Positions 53,576 to 64,000 of a stretch of DNA of 64,000 nucleotides are shown here, one piece after another; the first letter of the stretch is position 1, and each line of letters opens with the position of its first letter. Source of the stretch: Eimeria praecox (lineage: Eukaryota). Location of the stretch: NCBI GenBank assembly GCA_963920595.1, contig OY986946.1, forward strand, positions 248,001-312,000. The letters are read 5' to 3'. A model generated the notes under the pieces. The model made no database searches. It was not told the origin of the DNA and saw nothing but the letters and a program-made list of their open reading frames with translations. Both the position numbers and the translations under genes were made by a program.

Positions 53576-56386
53576 TCGCTGCGTTGATTGGGAACCCAGA
53601 GCACCGGATCCGCCTTGAGGCTCCGGAGTTTTGCCTGCTGGGGCCTCAGTTGTCCGTGTGCTTCTTCGACACTGTTCGCTGATGCATCAAAAGCTTGAAC
53701 AGCACCCACATTCGGCCTTGGCATCCCTAGAAGCCAGCGTAGCCACCTACAGGCAACCGCGCGACCAGCCCTGCAGCAGTCATTTGCCTCCAATGCGAGC
53801 TGGCACAGGTTGGCTGTTTTTCTGCCTACTTTGCGAAACCGGATAATGGTGATCGACTGCCATATGTATCGGACGCCCTAGCGTACGTACAGGCTAGACA
53901 AGCGACGTTGTTGCCACAACGACATAGTTCCATGCTTCATAGTGGGCAATGTACGAACTCAGAGCGCAGCAGCATCATTCAGGAGATACCAAGAGCAAGA
54001 GAGCGAATGGCGTATGATATCGGCGTTGCAAGGGCCGCTTCATTCCCACTTATCTAGGCACGAAGCACTGTTTTTTATTGGAATCTCGAGAACTTATTGT
54101 GCTCAACCATTGAGCAGCAGATCTCATGTTAGATGATTGGCTACTCGCGAGACTATGGCTGGTATCAGCTTACAGGCTATGGCAAAAGCGAGCGATGCGC
54201 CACTCAGTTTTCGCATCATCGCCTTGTACAGTGTAATGCTGTTGCAGCAACCTTTTTGGACAGAAGCAAACCCAAATCACGCTCGCGACGGTCTACGATA
54301 AACTTGCATATTTTGCTTGGTTCAAGGTCATACTGGTGCAAAAGCGTTCAAACTGTTGTTTTGTTAATTCCACAGGATTCACCATCCATGTGTAATGGAG
54401 TACACCTTTGTATGAAAGATATTCGCACTCTGTTGGTTTTACGCTCAGGAAGAATCGTATTTGTGTACACTGGGATTCCTACCCATCCAGAACGATTGCC
54501 AGTGCTTAAATGCACGCAAGGGAAATTGCAGTTATGCGTAGCAGAACAGTCAGAGCCTGCAGGCCGCGAGCATGCAACCTGAATTACGGCATGCATTTAG
54601 GGCCACTCCTTCACTAAAGAACCTCCTGAGACGGCCCGAGACGGCCCGCGGGGATACCGCAGCGCACAGCCCTTTGGACTGTCTCGGCTTTTTCAACACA
54701 CTTTGGTGCACTCGTCTTCATCCACTGTAGGGTATTATCAAGGGAACGCGCGGCTGCTTGTTGGATGGCTCAGCACGCCGCTGCCGTGAGCATCCAGCTC
54801 TCCTAAGAGGTGATGATGTGCGCCTCGGCTTGCCAAACAAGCACTTGCTTACGTCATATATGCAGACCCTCCTGATGCGTTGATTAGCCACCAAAAGATC
54901 TAGGTCCATGCTACGGCCCTGTTTCCCCCAAGATGCTCAACGGTGAGCCTTCAACAGAGGGTGCATTCAACTTCATCATTCGCTTCCCAGCACCTAGTGG
55001 AATTTGCCGAGGCACGCCACTGCCCCCGCTATGTTGCATAAAAGTTGTCACTCGTGCGGGCTGGCAGACGTGAGCGATCATGCTGTCTGCTCCTTTGCAA
55101 ACCGCATAATGGCGAGAGGTGTTTAGATGCACCGGACAAACTACCGCGCGTACAGGCTAGAAACGGTGGCGCCGTTGCCACAACAACAAACCCCCATGTT
55201 GCACGGTGGGCATTGCATCAATCCAGCGCATTACGGCACCATCCTTAGGATATCCAAATTACGGGAGAAAATCTTCTAGGATACCGGTGCCGCAGGCCCA
55301 GTTTTGTTGGGTAGATGCCTAGACGATGTTTATCATTCCAAACAAGATTTTCCCAAACTCATTGGTCTCGAACTGATGTTTGAAATGCTGGTTTAGAACG
55401 TGTTGGGTGTGGCTTCAGCTTCCGAGAGAGCTGGCGTTTTTTTGCTTCTCAGTCAAATACAACTAATAAGCTGTTAGGTAGTTGTTACACCTCTGGCAGT
55501 GCCAGCTTACAGGCTATGGCAACAGCGAGGGGAAAATGACACTCTTCCCCCCTATCACCTTTTACTGTCTGATACAGCAACCCCATCAGACAGACGCAAA
55601 CTCATACTACTCCCCCCTCAACGCTACGGTTACGCATAACCGCTCTGCTTATATCAAGGCCGCGCATCAGAAAAGGCGTTCAAATTTTCGTATTGTTACT
55701 CACTATTCGCGGTTTGTGCGGAGTGAAACGTAGTTAGGTAAGAAAGCAGATGGCGTCCCTTCTTGTGGGCCCCTTTCCTCAAGCTCAATCTGCCTTTTAA
55801 CCACTGGCGCTTTTACGCTTTTACACTCCTTCCCCTAGGTCACCCAATTGACTGGCCAGCGGTTCAAAGCCAGAGGAGTGTCGACTGGGCTACTGGAAGA
55901 CGCACCCACTATACAACGAATTGCTCATGATAAAACAAAAGTATTAGATTATGTTCAGTTAGTGGGGCACCGCCTCCTATGGTGTCAGTCTCTGGTAGCT
56001 CCGCATTCGCAAAGCCCGGTTGCGTACTTTCTGCACGGGCAAGCACATTTCCCAATTGAGGATTACCTTTTTCGCGGACGGCTTCAGTTTAGCAAGACTG
56101 CTGTGAGTTTGCTACAAAAACACAGACGCATTCAGAGGAGCCGTAGCACACGGGTAAATGCCACTAAATCAATAGCTGAAAGCGTAACACCCTCGATATG
56201 GGCACCTCCCATGTACAGTTTTCTGCTTATAAGCTTGTCTTCCGCCTGTATAATGTTGCTCCTGGCAAAGCACTTAAAGTTCCAGGGAGGGCCCATTAAC
56301 TAATGATAGCGCATACACTATCAATCCTCCCGTAAAAATGGAGCCATTTCGTTGGATGCCGGGTTCCCTGGTGGTAAACATACAAG
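53576..56386 (-). CDS. Candidate micro-exons in diverged single-copy modules: CTT 56384, AAA 56028, TGG 55906, CCT 55511, CCT 55154, CCT 54174, CCT 53891, CGA 53576
   Basis: YAG|NNN|GTR is retained at positions homologous to those in the 21-24 kb and 33-34 kb modules, although the flanks are heavily diverged. Confidence 0.55.
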
Positions 56387-57329
56387 CTGGTTCACTCGGT
56401 TGTTCGCAGTGGTGAGCAGTGTTAACCTTCGCAGCCCCTTGAGTGTTTACGGAGCTGAATTCGTTCTGAGAAATGAGGCCGAGGCCCGCACGTGGTATTG
56501 GTATAATTCGCGAACTACCCTAGATGATTTTCCGCAGCGCATAATTTCTAGCAATTCAAAAACTCGGCAGCTGCTACCCTCAGCGAATGGCACTGCACAG
56601 GTAGTTCCATTAAACAGTTAGCCCCTCACTATGCACTAGCTTGAAATGGATTAACAGGCATTTACGGCGGTTAATCGCTATACAGAAGAAGCGTCGTTTG
56701 AAACGTTTTTCCAAACGGTTTCCGTGTACCTGCAGCATAGAAGCACGCTGGGTGTTAACGCTTCTCCAAAAGGATCAATCACGCATGTCTGCGCAGTCGA
56801 GATGGCTTTGGTGGCGGAAGCGACAGATGCGAGCGCAAACCCCGTTGCCTTCACGCCGCGCAAATCATGAATACGTTGCTTGGCGCAGAGCCATGCCAGC
56901 TTAAAACGCTCAAACTCCGCCGACGTTACACAACATTCGTGCTCCATGCTCAATGGAACACTGACGTACACACCGACGTACACAACATTCGTGCTCCATG
57001 CTCAAGGTAAGAACGCAAATATAATGCCTTTTAGCAGGCTTCTACGCTCGTGCAGAATCATTTTTCTAATGACCTGGCACTCTTGCGCTTGAATGCAACT
57101 GTGTTCCCTGTGGGGCAAGGGCAGACTACCGCAGTAACGTACATATACTCTACCGCTGGCCAACTAGTTCGTTAGGGATGATCAATATAACCGTTCAGAA
57201 GGGCTTAGAAGAGTCCCCCTACTCCAGATATCAACGTTTGTCCACACGGAAAATCAGCTATCTATATAGGCGATTGCCGATATGGACATGCAGGGCAGCT
57301 GCTAACTACGCCAGCTTACTAACACAAAG

Positions 57330-60300
57330 CAGGTGCACGCCCGCGAACCAAATGTCTGCCTTTTGCCCATCCCACTACAATCTACCGCATCATTATCTGA
57401 CGCAAATCTCACAGCATTAGGGCTTCCTTAACGTGAAACAACACGTAAGCATATGGTTAGCCTGCTGACATCGGCATACTAACAGCGCTTGCTGATGACT
57501 CCTGCGCAGCGGAAGAACGCCTTCGTGAAACTGCTTGCGTACCCGCTGAACAGGTAGACAAACCACCGCAGGGCCGCTGCGAACAGGTTGGGCAATCGAA
57601 CGGCTTCTGACGGTCGTAGCAATATGGATAAGCGCACACGATGATGCTATGGAGCTGCAAGAAGCATGAACGCTTCGGTTGGCGCAAGGCTACGCCAATG
57701 CTAAGCCGCCCACACTCCCGCAGTGCTATACACCATTTGCAATCCATGATCAGTGGCGAAAAGCATGGTAAGAATGATAACGGTACGCCTTCCTGCAGCC
57801 GCGTTTGCTCGAAGAGCATATTCTTTCTACGCCACCACAATCCTACGCTTGAATGCGCTCGCATTTTCTTGGTTGCACGGGGAGACTATTGCCATCGTAC
57901 GTGCGAAAGCATTCACGACCTCCAGTCGGTCAACAAGCAACTAGCAATAGGGCAAGGCGGAGCAGGGCCATGCCACAAATGCAAACCGTTCTGAGGCAGT
58001 CGGGATGTGTCCAGGCAGGCATTGATATCTAGACTGTGGTTGCCTCTTTAACAGGTTCGGCTGCAGCCTTCCTGAGTTGCTGTAGTACAGCAAAAAGGCA
58101 AAGCATGGCTATTTGCTTGTTGGCTCAGTGCTTCGCGACCGCAAGCAGCGTGCGTTTGCAAGAAGTGGTGACATGCGGCTCTCTTTGTTGCAGAAAGGTC
58201 TCTTTTGATTTAGTATTTCATATATAAGGACGTACATCCTGCGTTGACCAAGCACAGGAGGAACCAGATTCGTCCTGTGATGCCGCGCCTCAGCCTCCGG
58301 GGCAGTATGCCCACGTAAGCTTCCCCGACGGTTTTCGTTGATGAACCTATAACACGATATATATTGGTGGCCGTCGTGCTCTTCCCAAACATCCACCAGA
58401 ATTAGCCCAGACACGTGATGCGACGCCCCACGCTGCTCAGCACTTCCCACTCGTGCTGGTTGGGAAACGTAAGCGGCCGTGCTTCGCTTTCCTTACAAAG
58501 CACAACATAACAACGATTGACACTCAGATATATCAGGCAAACCTGAGAGCGTACAGGCTAGACAAGTGATGCCGTTGTCACCACAACAAGTTTCCATGTT
58601 GCAAGGTGAACAATGCGTCAACTAAGAGCATTGCAGCACCATTCTTCCAATACCAAAACTACTGGGACGAACGTCCAAGGATGCCGACTTTGCTGCAGAT
58701 GCAATTCCATCAGGTGCCCATTCACGGTGAACCCCATTACGGAGAGCCCGACCTATTTTGCGTCACATTGTCTCTCGGGAAGGCTCCTCCATGAAATACG
58801 TATTTGCAGCGAATTTCACGTAGGTCCAACGTTCAAGAGGGCTGGATATTCACACCTCGTTCAAAGAAGGCTGGCTAGTCATGGCCCTCTAAGACGTTCA
58901 GTCATGTTTGTTTGGGAGGGCGGGAGACGTTCGACGGTGGCAGCTTACAGACTATGTCAAATACGGATGAACTAGTTTTGCGGTCTCAGTCCAGCACCGT
59001 ATGGTGCACTACGCCATCGGAGCAACTGTGTCGTACAGATGAGAACCAAGACCAGGCTGCTTCCGTACAGAGAGAGGCATGAATGCCTTGCCTGGTTCCG
59101 GGCTAAGCAGGCGCAGAGTCGCTTTAACTCCGGTATTGTTGCACAGTATTCATGGCCATACGAAGCAGGTGACTGGATCGCAACGCAGTTCTCCACCAGC
59201 GTACTATGCAACGCGCTTTGGTGAGTGTCACCCTTGCCACTCGTGCCTATTACTCCGCATGCACTATCCTACCGAACTCCTGCAGCAGCGTCCAGTCGCA
59301 GGCGCTGTCTGCTTGCGCATATCGCCTCGGCGGTCTTTATCAAATACTTTCTTCACTGAGAGGTACGCCTGGATTTGCTGTTATACTCACCAGCTTTATC
59401 CCACCATACCGCCACTCCACTGTGCAACAAATGTCTGCCTTTTGCCCATCCCACTACAATCTACCGCATCATTATCTGACGCAAATCTCACAGCATTAGG
59501 GCTTCCTTAACGTGAAACAACACGTAAGCATATGGTTAGCCTGCTGACATCGGCATACTAACAGCGCTTGCTGATGACTCCTGCGCAGCGGAAGAACGCC
59601 TTCGTGAAACTGCTTGCGTACCCGCTGAACAGGTAGACAAACCACCGCAGGGCCGCTGCGAACAGGTTGGGCAATCGAACGGCTTCTGGCGGTCGCAGCA
59701 ATATGGATAAGCGCACACGGTGATGCTATGGAGCTGCAAGAAGCATGAACGCTTCCGTTGGCGCAAGGCTACGCCAATGCTAAGCCGCCCACACTCCCGC
59801 AGTGCTACACACCATTTGCAATCCATGATCAGTGGCGAAAAGCATGCTAAGAACGATAACGGTACGCCTTCCTGCAGCCGCGTTTGCTCGAAGAGCATAT
59901 TCTTTCTACGCCACCACAATCCTACGCTTGAATGCGCTCGCATTTTCTTGGTTGCACGGGGAGACTATTGCCATCGTACGTGCGAAAGCATTCACGACCT
60001 CCAGTCGGTCAACAAGCAACTAGCAATAGGGCAAGGCAGAGCAGGGCCGTGCCATAAATGCAGACTGTTCTGAGGCAATCGGGATGTGTCGACGCAAAAG
60101 CTGCTGATTTCTAGAGTGTCACACCCTGGTTATGAAGCTTTGTTGCCGCTGCCTTGGTGGGCTGCTGAGCTTTGTGAAGTTAACCAGTTCCTCGTTAATA
60201 CGCTAAGTACTCCGGTACTGTTATTACCGTGCGTTTGCACGAAGGTGTGGCGTGCGAACCCCTGTGACGAATTGAGCTCTATTGGGGCTTAAGCGTCATG

Positions 60301-63300
60301 TAGGTGAACGAACTTTCTGCGTCGATTAGGCATCATATGGGGCAGACCTGCCGTGTCATGCCGCAATTCAGCCGGTGGACTTGGCATTCCCACATATGGT
60401 GATGTGCACCATGGGACACATTCAATTCCACAGGTTTCTTCCCAAACATCCTGTGAGATTCTCCTAGGCCAGTGGTTCTACGCATTGCTCTATGCAGGGC
60501 TTGGCACTCGCGCCGGTTGGCACGCGTAAGCGGTCATGCTGTTTCCTTTACAAGGCACATAATGGCCACCGATTGTTAGACGTATCAGGCAAACCATTGT
60601 GCGTACAGGCTGTACAAGTGACGCCGTTGCGACAACGGCAAATGTCCATGTTGCAAGATGGGCAATGCATCAACTCAGAACGTTGCAGCACCATTACGAA
60701 ACCCGCGGGGAGGAATATGCTAGAATACCAGCACTGCAGAAGGAGCTCCATTAGGTAGTTGCCGACTCACTGCGTATTATTCTGTAGTGAAAAACCCGTC
60801 GCATTTTTTCATTCAATTAATGCTCCTCTAACATCTACAATTGAACGCTGTGTTGCAGTTCAGAGACAGATGATGGCTCTAGCTCACAGTCTGTAGCATA
60901 GGCGAGACAAATATCGCTCACGCGTCACCTTAGCTATTCTTACTCTGTTTTGGCATCGGCAGAACTGCGTCGGGGCAGATACGCCCCTAAACCATGCTGC
61001 CGCCGGACAACGAGAGGAGACCTGCTTAGCTAAGAGCCACCCCGGTGCGCAACCGCTTAAACTGTTGCGCAGTTGCACACTATTCGCAATCCATGTTCAG
61101 TAAAGCACTGCAATGGACAGGAAGCAAAAGCGCAACATTCCTGCCAACTCCTATGCTCAGGAACGATTCCCTTTTTAAGGATCCAGCACTCATGCGCTTG
61201 AATGCGATAGCGTTCACTGCGTCGGGACCTGGATAATATTTAGTGTACAGGCATTTCCCCTGGCATACGCTTTCTAGAAGTAGTCCATCACTTTTGCTTT
61301 ATGCAACGCCCCAAATGGGTAATGCCTGGTCACCTTCTCCCGCTGCTGAATGGTTCTTGAGAACGCTCGCAAACGTTTTCTCGCAGTTCCCCCACACGGC
61401 AATCGACACTTGCAGCTACAGTTGATCTCACGGGCTGCAGTCCACCAGGCAGGCGCACGCCCGCGAACCAAATGTCTGCCTTTTGCCCATCCCACTACAA
61501 TCTACCGCATCATTATCTGACGCAAATCTCACAGCATTAGGGCTTCCTTAACGTGAAACAACACGTAAGCATATGGTTAGCCTGCTGACATCGGCATACT
61601 AACAGCGCTTGCTGATGACTCCTGCGCAGCGGAAGAACGCCTTCGTGAAACTGCTTGCGTACCCGCTGAACAGGTAGACAAACCACCGCAGGGCCGCTGC
61701 GAACAGGTTGGGCAATCGAACGGCTTCTGACGGTCGTAGCAATATGGATAAGCGCACACGATGATGCTATGGAGCTGCAACAAGCATGAACGCTTCCGTT
61801 GGCGCAAGGCTACGCCAATGCTAAGCCGCCCACACTCCCGCAGTGCTATACACCATTTGCAATCCATGATCAGTGGCGAAAAGCATGGTAAGAACGACAA
61901 CGGTACGCCTTCCTGCAGCCGCGTTTGCTCGAAGAGCATATTCTTTCTACGCCACCACAATCCTACGCTTGAATGCGCTCGCATTTTCTTGGTTGCACGG
62001 GGAGACTATTGCCATCGTACGTGCGAAAGCATTCACGACCTCCAGTCGGTCAACAAGCAACTAGCAATAGGGCAAGGCGGAGCAGGGCCATGCCACAAAT
62101 GCAAACCGTTCTGAGGCAGTCGGGATGTGTCCAGGCAGGCATTGATATCTAGACTGTGGTTGCCTCTTTAACAGGTTCGGCTGCAGCCTTCCTGAGTTGC
62201 TGTAGTACAGCAAAAAGGCAAAGCATGGCTATTTGCTTGTTGGCTCAGTGCTTCGCGACCGCAAGCAGCGTGCGTTTGCAAGAAGTGGTGACATGCGGCT
62301 CTCTTTGTTGCATAAAGGTCTCTTTTGATTTAGTATTTCATATATAAGGACGTACATCCTGCGTTGACCAAGCACAGGAGGAACCAGATTCGTCCTGTGA
62401 TGCCGCGCCTCAGCCTCCGGGGCAGTATGCCCACGTAAGCTTCCCCGACGGTTTTCGTTGATGAACCTATAACACGATATATATTGGTGGCCGTCGTGCT
62501 CTTCCCAAACATCCACCAGAATTAGCCCAGACACGTGATGCGACGCCCCACGCTGCTCAGCACTTCCCACTCGTGCTGGTTGGGAAACGTAAGCGGCCGT
62601 GCTTCGCTTTCCTTACAAAGCACAACATAACAACGATTGACACTCAGATATATCAGGCAAACCTGAGAGCGTACAGGCTAGACAAGTGATGCCGTTGTCA
62701 CCACAACAAGTTTCCATGTTGCAAGGTGAACAATGCGTCAACTAAGAGCATTGCAGCACCATTCTTCCAATACCAAAACTACTGGGACGAACGTCCAAGG
62801 ATGCCGAATTTGCTGCAGACGCAATTCCATCAGGTGCCCATTCACGGTGAACCCCATTACGGAGAGCCCGACCTATTTTGCGTCACATTGTCTCTCGGGA
62901 AGGCTCCCCCATACAATACGTATTTGCAGCGAATTTCACGTAGGTCCAACGTTCAAGAGGGCTGGATATTCACAGCTCGTTCAAAGAAGGCTGGCTAGTC
63001 ATGGCCCTCTAAGACGTTCAGTCATGTTTGTTTGGGAGGGCGGGAGACGTTCGACGGTGGCAGCTTACAGACTATGTCAAATACGGATGAACTAGTTTTG
63101 CGGTCTCAGTCCAGCACCGTATGGTGCACTACGCCATCGGAGCAACTGTGTCGTACAGATGAGAACCAAGACCAGGCTGCTTCCGTACAGAGAGAGGCAT
63201 GAATGCCTTGCCTGGTTCCGGGCTAAGCAGGCGCAGAGTCGCTTTAACTCCGGTATTGTTGCACAGTATTCATGGCCATACGAAGCAGGTGACTGGATCG

Positions 63301-63430
63301 CAACGCAGTTCTCCACCAGCGTACTATGCAACGCGCTTTGGTGAGCGTCGCCCTTGCCACTCGTGCCTATTACTCCGCATGCACTACCCTACCGAATTCC
63401 TGCAGCACCTTCCAATGAAAGGCGCTGTCT
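57330..63430. repeat. A-B-A array of ~2-kb units. A (57330-59310) recurs at +4120, and a ~660-bp segment is present three times (~57350, ~59429, ~61470).
   Basis: ORF-track recurrences at 57457/59536/61577 and 58109/62229. Confidence 0.93.
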
Positions 63431-63714
63431 GGTAAATTAACGCCAGAGCGTCTGATCAGAGTGGGCTTAGAATGCTGGGGAAACTCCAAGCCTAAGGTGA
63501 TGGATTCCTGGGATCTCTTGAATGTGCACGTTTCCCCATAGAATCGCGCCTCCATCTGAAAGCACATGGCTGTGTGCGAACAGACTGCGCGCAAGGTGTC
63601 ATGCCTGAGGGAATAGATGCTTGGCCCAGTTAAATTCCCTGATGATGGCTGAGAGCTCTTGCTCATATTGCTCTTTGCAGCCATCTGAGTCAGTCTACCA
63701 TGCCTGCATACTGG
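57543..63714 (-). CDS. Candidate micro-exons: CCA 63712, TCT 63069, CCT 62675, GAT 62356, CGG 61663, ACT 60888, CCT 60607, AAA 60314, CGG 59622, TCT 58949, CCT 58555, GAT 58236, CGG 57543
   Basis: TAG|TCT|GTAAGC, TAG|CCT|GTACGC, CAG|GAT|GTACGT, CAG|ACT|GTGAGC, CAG|CCT|GTACGC, CAG|AAA|GTTCGT, CAG|CGG|GTACGC and CAG|CCA|GTATGC. Confidence 0.5.
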
Positions 63715-64000
63715 CTGAACAGTAGAGCAAGGGATAGCAAAGGAAACGATTGCAACGCCGCGGCTGAGCGGGCGAGCGCATGCCCAGCATATATCTTTGG
63801 TGTAGGAAAGGCGGCCTTCAACAGGTTTTGCGTACTGCACACTGCACAGAGTCACAGCGCGTTCATCGCCAAACACCGCACAACGTAGCTGCCTCCGCGA
63901 GTTGAAAGGCCGATGGCATGTCAAAGCTTCCAACGCATGCGAAACTCAATGCGCAAGGAGAACCGCTTACCACCCGGCATAGGGTAGTAGTTGTAGGTGC

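Noticed and set aside
53572..53793. Minus-strand pseudo-exon family ending '...VLNQRR', with recurrent in-frame TAG/TAA that might suggest stop-codon reassignment
   Set aside because: Paralogs have frameshifts, and the 'NQRR' part is the acceptor (aatcaacgCAG) of a 3-nt exon, so the region is more likely intron. There is no evidence for an alternative genetic code.

Overview
Eukaryotic, repeat-rich DNA with no recognisable long ORF, RNA gene, transposase or CRISPR. The GTGCGY/GTACGC/GTGAGY donor style suggests a protist such as a coccidian apicomplexan, but that is a weak inference. The window is built from nested duplications: a 1,475-bp x3.3 array (1-4840), a ~6.2-kb-offset duplication containing a 1,297-bp array (6.4-16.2 kb), a ~10.3-kb x3.4 array (18.8-53.2 kb) and a ~2/4.1-kb array (57.3-63.4 kb). 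The main signal is on the minus strand. The most conserved motifs in these repeats read pyrimidine-tract-YAG | NNN | GT(R), i.e. candidate single-codon (3-nt) micro-exons separated by 165-400 nt introns. In the first array 26 such exons splice to K(EEEERKKK)3E, an ER/K single-alpha-helix pattern. Elsewhere diverged paralogous modules keep Pro/Trp/Asp/Thr/Ser or Glu/Lys single-codon exons. The window looks like part of a large minus-strand micro-exon gene or gene cluster, partly decayed. This is inferred from DNA only and needs transcript evidence. The supplied short ORFs are judged spurious.
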